Below are positions 35,940 through 48,900 of a stretch of 64,000 nt of DNA, one piece after another. Positions within the stretch are counted from its first letter, which is position 1. Every line of letters begins with the position of its first letter. Both the position numbers and the translations under genes were made by a program. The stretch is from Macrostomum lignano (Eukaryota), in NCBI GenBank assembly GCA_002269645.1, contig NIVC01001160.1:62001-126000 (forward strand). The letters are read 5' to 3'. Below the pieces are notes generated by a model that did no database searches, was not told where the DNA came from, and worked only from the letters and a program-made list of their open reading frames with translations.

Positions 35940-38778
35940 TCAGTCACCATCCTTCACAATGTGCAGGTAGATTGTACACTCGCTTCCCGTGTCTCCTTCG
36001 CCATCCTGACCCTGACAGCCATCGCAGAGCCCTGACCTGGCCAACGGCTTGTGCTGGTGTTGCTGCACAGTGGCATAGCTGCACTCCCCGTCAGCTTCCG
36101 GTGAGGGCACTCGTTGCTAAAATTTCCGTTGCATTATTTTTTATTTAAAAGTACTCAATTGAAACTTTGAGCTTCAATCAACTCACATTGTCGGTGGCCA
36201 TGGCAACGGGCCAGCTGTTTGGCAGCATGGAATTCTCAATGCTAGTCTTTGGTCCCCTCGCGGTGAAGGCGCTGGACTCATTTCGAGTTCCAGCTTCATC
36301 AGTTCTTTTTGTACTTCTTGAACCTGTTCTCTGGCGCTGAACATGCGAAAGTTGTTGCTGAGTGCTTCTGCTTATGTAGTAGGTAACATTGACTGTATTA
36401 CTGCCTACTACAGCATCTCCACTCGCTCTACTACAGAATCTCCCGTTTCCCTTCTACAGCATCTCCACCCGCTCTACTACAGCATCTCCCATCACCCTAC
36501 TACAGCATCTCCCATTTCCATACTACAGCATCTCCCATCGCCCTACTACAGCATCTCCCATTTCCCTACTACAGCATCTTCCATCACCCTACTACAGCAT
36601 CTCCCATCACCCTACTACAGCATCTCCCATTTCCATACTACAGCATCTCCCATTTCCATACTACAGCATCTCCCATCACCCTACTACAGCATCTTCCATC
36701 ACCCTACTACAGCATCTCCCATCGCCCTACTACAGCATCTCCCACAGCCTCGCCCAAAATCCATGCACAGGGAACTCACAGCAGCCCTTATAGCAGCGGC
36801 TGAAATCAAAAGTACAAGCAGTACGCCTGCGGCTGCGCAGCCAGAGACAGCGGCGCCAGTGACGGTGCCAGATAAATGCGAGTCGGGCGACCTGTCGTCT
36901 AAAAAAATTGCTGATTGAATATCTTTGATGATTCACTGCAAATGCGCACAGCAATGCCTGACAACTTACAGGCGTTGGGCTCGGGTGGCTCTTGCACACA
37001 AAGTGAGATTCCAGCAAAGCTCATGTAGGCGTCGTTGGCGCTATTTTTATCCAATACGTATCGCCTTAGTAGGAGCATCTTCACCTGCGCGTGTTCGAAA
37101 TCGAGATTTTATACTCCGAGGATTTTCCCTCAGGAGATTTTCCCTCAGGAGATTTTTACAAAAATTGCACTAAGCAAATATGCTCGGGCGGATGACACAT
37201 GATACAAACTGAATCAGAACCAGGTATCGCATGGTAGATTGTCTTGTATGTTTAACGATTCAACGTACAACGTGCATGTCATTGTTTACCACTTTTATTG
37301 TCATTGTGTCGAAATGAAAACCTCGATCTCCCACAAGAAAAATCCTAAATCCACACTGCGCGGATGATGTTTAATATGCAGTTACTACCGTGCATGCGTT
37401 GCGTCCGAGCTGCATTGTCCGACACTAAGTGTCCGTCCGACACTTGACTCTGCACTGCTTCAGTTCACCCAGCTGTAAAATGGCTGCCAGCATTAGCTGG
37501 GCCCACGGGGTAAATGAGGGCGTGTGTAGCGACCCCTCCCAGGGAATCCTATTGGCTCGCTGCGCTCCCCGTGAAACAAATAGGATTCCCTGGTAGATCA
37601 AAGGGAGAGTCAGGGTTAAGCCATGCTAAAAGGGAGGCTTTGATGCCAAAGCTCACAGTCATGCTGATATCTCAGGCTAGACCCGCATATTGCAGTTTCA
37701 GCAATTGCACAACAGTTTACACTGAATAGGCTGCATTTACGCACCTGAGCGCTGCAGTACACTGTGAGAGCCTCTCCCTTCTCCACGCGATCATCCTTTG
37801 GTTTGGTGATTCCGCACAGCTTCCAGCCACTTCTAGTACCTCTGAAATAGCCGCTGATATTCCGATTCGAGCAGTGCTCATCACTGTTGAAGCTGTCGGA
37901 GGCGGAAGAGCTGGTCCAAATTTCAATTCCAACAGACCTGTTGAACACCTTGGTGGCAGAGTCTGATTGAGAGATTCGGATGGGGAGCGCGTTTTGAGTT
38001 AGGACTGCTTATTGCCAGTGGGGTGAATTGAAATTGACATCTCAAATTCAGACGAAAAAATCCTGCATAAATGAACTCATAAGTGCCATAACATTCACCA
38101 TTTCTGCCCGCAATGCTGATGCAGTCAATATTCACAGACAAATTGAGCTGAAGCAGGAACCAGTGGTAGCCAGAGTCTGCCTGTCCTTTGCCTTTGGAAT
38201 GATAATACAGGTAACTATGCTCGCCTTGTAGCAACTTATTCTCTTCTAAAAGGCTTCTGCTCCAAAAGCAGCCATGATTGAGTTTTGATGACTGCCAGGC
38301 AATAATAACAGTTTCCTTGCCGACGAATAATGAAGAATCTGAAAGGGCAAATATTGCTTGACCAATTAATTGATTAAGTGAACTCATGAATTGAAGGTGT
38401 GTCAGTATGTGTGTGACATCCAGGTGGATCGGTGAGTGAACTCATGAATTGCAGGTGTGTCAGTATGTGTGTGTGACATCCAGGTGGATCGGTGAGTGAA
38501 CTCATGAATTGCAGGTGTGTCAGTATGTGTGTGTGACATCCAGGTGGATCGGTGAGTGAACTCATGAATTGCAGGTGTGTCAGTATGTGTGTGTGACATC
38601 CAGGTGGATCGGTGAGTGAACTCATGAATTGCAGGTGTGTCAGTATGTGTGTGTGACATCCAGGTGGATCAGTGAAGAATGTCGTGAGATATATTCACCT
38701 TCAGAGGCAGGCTGGGCTGTGACAAGTGGTAGGCACCAGCTACACCAGCAGCTGCCAACAAGCGCCAGTAAGGCTGTT
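35940..38778 (-). CDS. Type I membrane protein with a fucolectin (FTP / F5-8 type C) domain; start exon not located
   Basis: Minus-strand exons 38778-38699, 38338-38099, 37962-37745, 37084-36970, 36898-36780, 36336-36187 and 36116-35940 are all phase-compatible. Signal-peptide end (TALLALVGSCWCSWCLPLVTA), FTP-like AWQSS...HWFLLQL...IDCISIAGRND, TM helix AVSGCAAAGVLLVLLISAAAI, and a tail with SYATV and TIYLHI. Confidence 0.72.
36400..36745. repeat. 23-bp minisatellite in a lectin-receptor intron
   Basis: Unit CTACTACAGCATCTCCCATCACC. Confidence 0.9.
38378..38672. repeat. 60-bp minisatellite (about 5 copies) in a lectin-receptor intron
   Basis: Unit GTGAACTCATGAATTGCAGGTGTGTCAGTATGTGTGTGTGACATCCAGGTGGATCGGTGA. 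Confidence 0.93.
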
Positions 38779-39215
38779 CTATAACAAAATTTGGTTTTCA
38801 TAACAAAATCGGGTTCTCAGTTCAGCCTTGTTGATTTGCTAAAATTCCACAGGCAGCGAACCAGAATTCTAAGAATTGGCAAGGTTATATTTGCTCTATG
38901 ACGGTTTTCTCGTAACCAATGCCAGTGAAGTGCAATGAGTCAAACCACAGGCCCCACTTGTTTGTGCAAGCCCTCTGTCCCTGGCTTAGATATTTCGAAG
39001 TGAATATTTATCACAGGAGGGAGCCTTCAGTCTTCACTTTTTATTGGAATTTTTTAGTTTTCTAAGCCAATATAAATAGAAAATTTCTCCATGTCTGCAC
39101 TTCCGAATAGCAGATGGAGCAAGTGTGTGTTTGGGTCTGAGGCTGAATCAGAAGTTTTCTGAGTTCGTTAGGAATTAAAAGAATTCAATCCGTGTCTCAA
39201 ATTTTGTCTATGGGC

Positions 39216-39977
39216 TAGGGGTGTTCGGGTTCGGGGTTCGAGGTAGGGTGTTCCGGTCGGGTATCAGGTTCGGGGTTAGGTGTTTGGGTTCGGGTTTTCG
39301 GGTCGGGCTTAGGGGGTCGGGTTTTCGGGTTACTGCTTCAAAGGAAAAATAAACTTTAGCTATTTTAAAAATAAAATTCTCCTAATGTCGTTATTTAACG
39401 TTTTTTAAAGTATAAAAGGCGAAAATTTAAACTTCGAAAAATCGAAATAATGCTTGAATTTAAGCTTTCAACTACAAATGTAGGGTTCCATGCAGGATAT
39501 CTATGAATCTTTGGATTCTGGCTGGCCGCTGGACTATGCTTGTGGATTAAAAAATCCCTTTATTTACAATTGCATACATTTTTATTAAACACATGAATTG
39601 CTGATGCCAATGGCAAAAGCACATCGTCCCGTGACATTTCTGATTTCAAAGATGTCAGAAAAGTCTATTATAGGGAGGAGAGAAGTGAAGACTTGAGATT
39701 GCTAGCTGATGACTAGAAATAGGAGTTAAGGAGCCAGGACTGCAAATGAGAACGAGAAGACTACTAGAGGTACCTCAGGACGAGTAACTCTCTTCAGATG
39801 TCACTCCTGGAAAAAAGATCATCACGGAAAGCCTGAGATGAAGCGTTCTTCTTTCATGGAAAGTTCGGGGTCGGGTCGGGTCGGGTTTCGATCCGGGTCG
39901 GGTTTCGGGTTCGGGGTCAGTGTTTTAGGTTTTGGGTTTACCCTGAACCCGGAAAAATGGAAAGCCGAACACCCCTA
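39216..39977. mobile_element. hAT-type non-autonomous element, 762 bp
   Basis: TIR TAGGGGTGTTCGG...CCGAACACCCCTA. Perfect 8-bp TSD CTATGGGC at 39208-39215 and 39978-39985. TCGGG-type subterminal repeats at both ends. Confidence 0.92.
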
Positions 39978-40698
39978 CTATGGGCCAGCTTCACAAGACG
40001 CAGAGATGTAGAAGAGGGCTACAGTCGAGTTTTGTCGAATGCTGAGAGCCAGCAGAATTCAAGAAAGCGACTTCGCACAGATTGCAGTGAGCTTTAAACC
40101 TTGAAATTAGGAACAGAAGTTGGTGTTCAGCTATCACTTGTCAGGCATGTAGCACTGATGCTAATGAGCTCTACATGGACGTGACACCGTCTCGCAGTGA
40201 TAAGGAAGACAGGAGGATGGAACGTGAGGCGTCCGTGTTATTGCTTTCTATGGATGTTGCGTTACGGGTTAAATAAATTTGCGATATTCCTATCAGTTAA
40301 TTTTGTGTTCCCCATGGCAGCGGATAATGTTTACTGAGAGCAAAACACTGGTGGGTGGACAAGGGGTGGGAGTGGGATGCATTTCGAGTTCGGATGTCCG
40401 TCTCTGAGGGTTCACGCGTCTCTCAGTATAGCTACGTGTAGAGTTTCTTAGTCAGAAATTTGCGTGTTGTCTATGGCCCAACCTACCTTTATTCTATATT
40501 AGCATTCAACTTTGGATAAAAACAAAACACTGAATAAGTTTTACGTGGTATTGCATGACCATAGACAACATAGCGATAGATTTGTTCACTATCAGCCCAC
40601 ATTTATAGTCTATGGCCTAAAGCGTTTGGGTCGCCTCGAATTCACTCACTACTTATACATGCGATGCGAAGTTTAAATCTTTAGATTCTTCAATTCAA

Positions 40699-41352
40699 AT
40701 GAACTTGATTTCTGAAAGCAGCATGCAGCACAGCGACAAAGACGGTTTAGAAGACTTCGCCGATTCTCAGCACTCGCCATCAAGCGACTACTATGAAGAT
40801 GGTTTCATCGTTGCAGACTTTGCGGTGTACAACAGCAGCAGCAGAGTGGTCGACGGGAAATTTGGTCATCAGAGTGGGGATCAGGCGAGCATCGGGATCT
40901 CCTGCGCCCAGTGCAAGAAGCCGTTCTATTCTACCCGAGCGCTGAAGCAGCACGCTAGCCGAGAGCACAGCTCTGCAGCCAGACCGTTCGTCTGCGATCG
41001 GACTGACTGCCGCAAGGCCTTCAAAACTCGGTTCGGACTAAAGCGTCACTCGATGTCGCATTCGAACGAACGGCCGTTCAAATGCGACATCTGTGGCCGC
41101 GGCTTCCTGGAGAAGGGCCACCTGCAGGTGCACCGTCGGATTCACTCCGGCGAGCGGCCGTACAAGTGCCGCCACTGCGACTGCAGCTTTGCTCACAAGC
41201 CGCACGCGGTTGAGCACGAGCGAATCCACAGCGGTGAACGCCCGTTCGAGTGTCGTCAGTGCGGCCGGGCTTTCAAACGGCTGACGCATCTGCGCAATCA
41301 TGAGAAACGCTTGCACAGGGCGGGCGCTACGGCTGATGCTGCACTGAGCTAG
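40699..41352 (+). CDS. C2H2 zinc-finger protein, 217 aa, five fingers, intronless CDS
   Basis: Five CxxC...HxxxH fingers with S(N/G)ERP(F/Y) linkers. AATAAA signals shortly downstream (about 41388 and 41418). Confidence 0.88.
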   Translation: MNLISESSMQHSDKDGLEDFADSQHSPSSDYYEDGFIVADFAVYNSSSRVVDGKFGHQSGDQASIGISCAQCKKPFYSTRALKQHASREHSSAARPFVCDRTDCRKAFKTRFGLKRHSMSHSNERPFKCDICGRGFLEKGHLQVHRRIHSGERPYKCRHCDCSFAHKPHAVEHERIHSGERPFECRQCGRAFKRLTHLRNHEKRLHRAGATADAALS

Positions 41353-41924
41353 AGGCACAAACTCGCATGCATCAGAGACAGAATGCTCAATAAAAATAAC
41401 ATAGCGTTTCATTACGGAAATAAAAAATCACAACTGTTTACTGAAGTCTTTAAAATGTTTGTGAAGTCTTAAAGTCTTTAAAAATGGTTTTAGAGTTTTT
41501 TGCCTTGTATCAAGAGCTTGCAAAGCAGTTCTAAACAAACACGTGAGGGAACTTGACACTTCACTGGGGTAACGCATCATACAGTGTCTGCAGTACTCGT
41601 ACCTAAAAATCTAAAAATAGGCCTGACTCAAGTTGATACCGAACGAAAGCTACGCATAGCTACAATTAAATAAATTCACTGTGCTCCAGTGCACAATCAG
41701 CCCAGTAAACAATGTACATTTCGCGTACACAGAGAGACAGACCACGAAGGCTGATAGCTTGTCAAAGCTTTATTATTTTTGTATAGGAAATAGTGAAATA
41801 GAACTTAAATATGCTGAATGTACATCGACACACTTCTCGTTTTGTATAACACTCCTCTCGGTTTATTAACCACCCGAGGAGTGTGCTGATATTTTGCACT
41901 AGCATCAGGCACAGACGGCACAGC

Positions 41925-43836
41925 ATGGGTTCCAGCATGGCTCAAGCAGCTCACCAGACCGCCGAGTTGGACTCAACAATCGATGGTGCCGCCTACCTGA
42001 TCGACTTTCAGGAGCGCCCGTTCTCCAACGGCAGCTGCCGCTTGGCATTTCAGGGCGTCTACCGGGGCCGGGGGCCGCTGAACGGCAAGCGCTGCGTCGC
42101 CAAGGTGGCCATCGCGACATGTCGCCACGGCGGTGCCCTGGCAGACTACGAAGCCGACATGCAGGCCAGCAGGAAGGCGGGCAAGCTGGCCGAGCTGTTC
42201 AACAAGGAGTTCGTCAGCTCCAAGCCACTGCGGTTTGTGCAGCCAGCGATGGCCACCGTGCTGACCACTGGCAGCTGCTACTCGCGACGTGGCGACAAAA
42301 TCCTTGTTGAAGAGTTCATCGAGGGCAGGTACGAGAAGTTCAACAACAATGCCCACTACCAGAGCGACGAGGTGGCCACCGTGCCCTGCTTCTCGCACTA
42401 CACCTACTACAAGACTGGCGGCAGGTATCTCGTCTGCGACATCCAGGGCGTCAGGACTTCGCGAGGATACTGGCTGACTGACCCGGCGGTGCACAGCCGG
42501 GAGGGCGGCAAGTTCGGCGACACCGATTTGGGCAGAGACGGCTTCGTGCGGTTCTTCAGCAGCCACCGCTGCACCAGCGTCTGCATCCTGTTCCCCATCT
42601 CGGATTTGAAGTGAGTTGCGTAACTGGCTGCAGCATCCGCCTCTTCAGTCAGTTTTGTCTGTCACTTTTCTGTCACGCTCTGCCTCTCATTCCTTACTCC
42701 TCGCTGCACCTCTCTCCTACCTTCCCCTTCTCTCTTCCCTCCCCTTTCCCTCTCTGCCCTCCCCTCTCCCTCTCTGCCCTCCCCTCTCCCTCTCTGCCTT
42801 CCCCTCTCCCTCTCTGCCCTCCCGTCTCCCTCTCTGCCCTCCCGTCTTGCTATCTCTGCCTTCCCTCTCTGCCCTCCCGTCTCCCTCTCTGCCCTCCTTC
42901 TCTGCCCTCGCCTCTCCCTCTCTGCCCTCCCCTCTGACTCTCTGCCCTCCCCTGTCCCTCTCTGCCCTCCCCTCTCCCTCTCTGCCCTCCCGTCTCCCTC
43001 TCTGCCCTCCCCTCTCCCTCTCTGCCCTCCCGTCTCCCTCTCTGCCCTCCCTCTCCCTCTCTGCCCTCCCGTCTCCCTCTCTGCCCTCCCGTCTCCCTCT
43101 CTGCCCTCGCCGCTCCCTCTCTGCCCTCCCCTGTCCCTCTCTCCCCTCTCCATCTCTCCCCTACCCTCTCCCTCTCCCCCCACTCCCTCTCTCCCCTCTC
43201 TACCTCTCCTTCCCTGCATCTGTGTCTTTCTTTCCCTTCAATTTATCTCACTCTATCTCTTTCTTGCCATTCCAGTTGATTTAAAAATCAGCTTGTCAAC
43301 TGCCATTGCTAATTTTCTGTGTCAAATCTTTCTCTATTCACTGTCACAGCCTCCGTTCTGCACTCCATCACAATTATTTATCCCCAAATCATTGCATTCC
43401 CATCGCATCCCCTAGAGCCGGCCAGGACCTGCCAGAGGCGAGCTTCAACCTGACCCGCAAGAACTACTGCGGCCGTCGCCTGAACGGCCCTCCCTGCGAC
43501 TGCTGCGACGGCTCCTGCGGCCCCAGGAACGGCTGCAACTGCTGCGGCTGCATGCGCAGAGACCTTGAGGAGTTCGGCCTGCTCAAAATTCGAGCCTTAG
43601 TCAATCGGGAAGGCGCGGTCTCCAGACTGAGCAGCGAGACTAACAAATTCTACTGCGGCAGGAAGAACATGGCTCGGGACCGCATGACTGACGGCTTCTG
43701 CGGCCCCAACAACGGCAACAACTGCCACGCCTGCCGCCAGCTCGACATCCAGTCCAGGGACCGCTACTATCTCATTGTGCAGGCCTGGTTCGGCAAGGCC
43801 CTGCCAGAGCCCACCTCCATTGTGCACAGGGCCTGA
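41925..43836 (+). CDS. Alpha-kinase (eEF2K/MHCK/ALPK family) with a C-terminal duplicated Cys-rich module, about 368 aa
   Basis: Exons 41925-42610 and 43416-43836 (phase 2, GTGAGT...CCCTAG). Intact motifs CVAK, EEFIEGRYEKFNNN, FSHYTY, LVCDIQGV, LTDP and FGDTDLGRDG..FFSSHRCTSVC. Confidence 0.88.
42690..43230. repeat. CT-rich tandem repeat in the alpha-kinase intron
   Basis: CTCTCTGCCCTCCC(G/C)TCTCC-type units. Confidence 0.88.
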
Positions 43837-43864
43837 CCGCCTGACACCACTAGCTGACGGCATA

Positions 43865-44205
43865 TAGACCTGACTGACACCCTACAACCCTACCTGACAC
43901 CCCATTGACCTAACTGACACCCATTGACCTAACTGACACCCTATTGACCTAACTGACACCCCATTGACCTAACTGACATCCCATAGACCTAACTGACACC
44001 CCATAGACCTGACTGACATCCCACAGACCTAACTGACATCCCATTGACACCCCATAGACCTAACTGACACCCCATTGACACCCCATAGACCTAACTGACA
44101 CCCCATAGACCTAACTGACACCCCAAAGACCTGCCTGACATCCCATTGACCTGACTGACATCCAATAGACCTAGCTGACATCCCGTAGACCTACCAACTG
44201 ACACC
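43865..44205. repeat. 20-bp minisatellite after the alpha-kinase stop
   Basis: Unit GACCTAACTGACACCCCAT(A/T). Confidence 0.88.
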
Positions 44206-44811
44206 CCTCAGACTAACTGCAGCCGCATTATTTACGCTTTGCAACTGGCGCCATCCTTCAATCCATTAGGAATTGAAAAGCAATCCACCAGCCATTTCAT
44301 CTTTGAATTATAACAAAATTTCGCACTCGTTTCTACAATTTCAAATTGGCACACTGGCACCCGGACATAGGCATATTGTTTACATTGAATGGCGCTCGCA
44401 CACTAATTTTGTCAGTCTGAATTAATTCTAATTCAGATTTGCTATTTTGTACCTTTGCTGAGTTGCACTTTTCCGGTAATATTCTTTGTTTTGTGTAGTT
44501 AAACCTTATAGCAGTGTAAATACTACATTTATGCATACTGTGATTTTAATGTCTGATTAACAACTTTTATGGGCTGCTGTCGCAGTTTGCTAAATCGGTG
44601 TTTATTTATCATTTATTGCGGCAAACTTATCTGGTACCCAAGGCCGATTTACCAATAAACTATTTTAACCCAATCAGTACGATTTCTATGGCTAAATTTT
44701 CACTACACTACTGTCAAGTAGAAATGTGCGAATTTTTCTGTGAGAGAAACAATTAGCGAATGAAGACAGGAACTTCTCTTAAATTTAGGAAAAGTACAGT
44801 AAGACCACTGG

Positions 44812-45465
44812 CACACCTATTCAAGCACCCTGACACACCTATTCAGGCATCTCTGACACACCTATTCAAGCACCCCTGACACACCTATTCAAGCACCCCT
44901 GACACACCTATTCAAGCACCCTGACACACCTATTCAAGCATCTCTGACACACCTATTCAAGCACCCTTGACACACCTATTCAAGCACCCTTGACACACCT
45001 ATTCAAGCATCTCTGACACACCTATTCAAGCAGCCCTGACACACCTATTCAAGCATCTCTGACACACCTATTCAAGCACCCTGACACACCTATTCAAGCA
45101 TCTCTGACACACCTATTCAAGCACCCCTGACACACCTATTCAAGCATCTCTGACACACCTATTCAAGCACCCCTGGGCCTGACACACCTATTCAAGCAGC
45201 CCTGACACACCTATTCAAGCACCCTGACACACCTATTCAAGCATCTCTGACACACCTATTCAAGCACCCCTGACACACCTATTCAAGCATCTCTGACACA
45301 CCTATTCAAGCATCTCTGACACACCTATTCAAGCACCCCTGGGCCTGACACACCTATTCAAGCAGCCCTGACACACCTTTTCAAGCACCCTGACACACCT
45401 ATTCAAGCATCTCTCTGACACACCTATTCAAGCACCCCTGGGCCTGACACACCTATTCAAGCACA
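44812..45465. repeat. 22/23-bp minisatellite
   Basis: Unit ACACCTATTCAAGCA(CCC/TCT)CTGAC. Confidence 0.92.
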
Positions 45466-45968
45466 ATTGAAGCAGCTCTGAACATGAGTTTAGATATAAT
45501 TAGATATAATATAATATTTTGGCTGCCAGAAAGATAAATCAGCCTTGACTTCCACTTATGCAGAACCAGCAAATCCCGTACCGCATGGACTACTGCGCAT
45601 TGCCGCTTGGACTGGAAGCCCGGCCAAAATTCTAAGGCCTTAATTTGGGCGTGCCAGACGTCCATGACCTGTGCGTACAGCCTGCGAGCGGCGAGGGAGA
45701 GGTGGGGGAGGAGGAAAGGACAGCCAGGAAATCGATAAGCGGATGCGAAACCCCTCGCCCCAACCCCGCAGCCACCCCCGCAAGTCTACCGCCCCAATGT
45801 CTACTAGAAGACAGGCTAGAAGGAGATTTCTTCCTAGCGAACGCGTTGCAGCTCTCTGCCCTCGCTCTGTACGCGGCTGCAGCCCCCCCAAAGCTGGTTG
45901 CTCATCCGTGCTTATATCCAAGCCCCCCCGCCAGCAGGTCAAGCACTGACTGACTTGCCAGGATCAGC

Positions 45969-48900
45969 ATGGAAGACTCCGGCTGGAAGGTCGGCCTGTG
46001 CAGCGCGGCCACCGGCAAGTTCCTGACGGCCGAACCATTCGGCTTCAAGCTGAACGTGTCCGCCAGCTCGTTGAAGAAGCGCCAGACCTGGACTCTGGTG
46101 CCGGACGCGCACACGGAGTCATTCGTGGCCCTGCGCTCGCACCTGAATCGCTACCTGTCCGCTGACAAGGACGGCAACGTGACCGCTTGCGCCGAGTCGG
46201 TGGACACCGAGGAGCGCTTCGCCGTCGAGTATTCCTCAGAAGGGGGAGCTCGCCTGGCCCTGAGGAGCGTCCTGCACGGCTGGTACTTCAGCGGCGAGGG
46301 GACCAGGTGCGGTGCTTCGCCCGGTCGCCAGTCTGGTGGAAGTGCCAGCTGGCGCTGCACCCGCAGGTGCACCTGAAGAATCTCAATCGGGGTCGCTACC
46401 TGCGGCTGGGCGACGGCGAGATCTCCGGCGACCGGGTCAACCCCTGGGGCGCTGAGAGTCTCATCACGCTGATGCAGTCTGCCGACGGCCGAGTGGCCAT
46501 TCGGGCATCGGACGGGAGCTACCTGAGCCGGACTGGCGAGCTCTCAGCAGAGATGTCCGAGGAGGTGCTGCTCAGCCCTGAGTTCCACTGCGGTGCCGCG
46601 CCCGGCCTGGCGTTCAAGGTGAGCTGGAGATCGGGATGCGGTGAGGATGTGATCAGGATGTGATCAGGATGTGATCAGGATGTAATCAGGATGCGGTGAG
46701 GATGTGATCAGGATGTGATCAGGATGTGATCAGGATGTGATCAGGATGTGATCAGGATGTAATCAGGATGCGGTGAGGATGTGATCAGGATGTGATGAGG
46801 ATATGATGACGATATGATAAGGATGTGATGAGGATGTGATGAGGATGTGATGAGGATATGACGAGGATGCGGCGAGGATATGATGAGAATGTGATATGGA
46901 TGAGACGAGGATACAGTGAAGATGCGGTAAGGATGGGATAAAAATTAGGCTGAGGATGATTAGCAAGTTCTTAGACCTTCAAACGGATTGCTATTAAAAT
47001 CATGGAGCTTTTAGGTGATTCAATAGAAGGACTTCCAGAGCGCACCCTGCTCGAACTCTCTCCCACCCATGAATTTGTGCCTAGTAATGAACTCAATCAG
47101 CACAACCCATTGCCCATTGCTTAAACGCAGGACTCAAACGGCCGCTACCTCACCAACACTGGGTCCAGCGGCACCACCAAAACAAAAAACCAGAACGTCA
47201 CGAAGGACGAACTGTTTGTCCTGGAGGCCAGCTACCCGCAGGTGGCAGTCAAAGCTTTCAACGGCCGCTACGCCAGCGTCAAGCAGGGGGAGCACTCTGA
47301 GCTCAACTTGCACCCAAGCTGATCTTCTGGGCTGAGTCATCGCGTGGCTGGGAGAGAGATTAGCTGGAGTAGGATTTAGGATTAGGACCCGGAGTTCCCC
47401 TTGCTAAAGCCTATTTATGGTTCCCAGAGCCGGGGGAGTGCGTAGAAGCTGACGGAATTTGCTATTTTTGAACTTCTGCTTGGGAAATACGAGTACAGGG
47501 TGAATCCCTTGCCTAACTTTGCTACTGCTAGTAGAAATACACGATTTTTAATCTTTTATTTCTCCTTCGAACAAGATTTCGAAGAGGGAAATATATGGGA
47601 TTGATATGAGTTGTACCGAGTAGATGTGATAGACAAGATTGGAATAGATCTGAGATAGATGAGAGTGGAATAGATCTGAGATAGATGAGAGTGGAATAGA
47701 TCTGAGATAGATGAGAGTGGAATAGATCTGAGATAGATGAGAGTGGAATAGATTTGAGGTCGCAGGTCCGACTCGGGCTCAAGTAGATTGACACGCAGAT
47801 TGCAGAAAAAGTCCATATTTGATGATGCTTCCCTATAGGTCAGGACTTGAACGTGAACCAGAGCGAGATCGAAGCCACGGAGACCTACCAGCTGGAGTTC
47901 GTGTCCTCGACTGGCAAGTGGCGATTTCGAACCAAGGACGACAAATTCTGGCGATTGTCCGCCGTGGCTAACGGAGTCAACGCTTCCGGGGATGCGGGGT
48001 GAGGCTGGGTAGCACGAGATGGATGAGAGTAGAGATTAGATATGTGTAGATTTGATCTGAGATAGATGTGAGTAGACTAGATCTGAGATAGAGGAGAGTA
48101 GATTAATTCTGAAATAGAGGAGAGTAGATTAGATCTGAAATAGAGGAGAGTAGACTAGATATGAAATAGAGGAGAGTAGATTAGATCTGAGATGGAGAAC
48201 ATAGATTAGATCTGAGATAGAGGAGAGTAGATTAGATCTGAGATAGAGGAGAGTAGATTAGATCTGAGATAGAGACCATAAGATTAGATCTGAGATAGAG
48301 GAGAGTAGATTAGATCTGAGATAGATGTGAGTAGATTAGATCTGAGATAGAGGAGAGTAGATTAGATCTGAGATGGAGGCCATAGATTAGATCTGAGATA
48401 GAGGAGAGTAGATTAGATCTGAGATAGAGACCAGAAGATTAGATCTGAGATAGAGCAGAGTAGATTAGATCTGAGATAGATTAGAGAAGATTGGATCTGA
48501 GATAGAGGAGAGTAGATTAGATCTGAGATGGAGGCCATAGATTAGATCTGAGATAGAGGAGAGTAGATTAGATCTGAGATAGAGACCATAAGATTAGATC
48601 TGAGATAGAGGAGAGTAGATTAGATCTGAGATAGATGTGAGTAGATTAGATCTGAGATAGAGGAGAGTAGATTAGATCTGAGATGGAGGCCATAGATTAG
48701 ATCTGAGATAGAGGAGAGTAGATTAGATCTGAGATAGAGACCAGAAGATTAGATCTGAGATAGAGCAGAGTAGATTAGATCTGAGATAGATTAGAGAAGA
48801 TTGGATCTGAGATAGAGGAGAGTAGATTAGATCTGAGATAGATGTGAGTAGATTAGATCTGAGATAGAGGAGAGTAGATTAGATCTGAGATAGATGTGAG

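Noticed and set aside
40460-40615. Recurrent CCATAGACAA / TTGTCTATGG inverted motif, also at about 52110-52155, considered as an RFX X-box
   Set aside because: Spacing does not fit the X-box consensus, and there are too few instances to separate it from chance or repeat debris.
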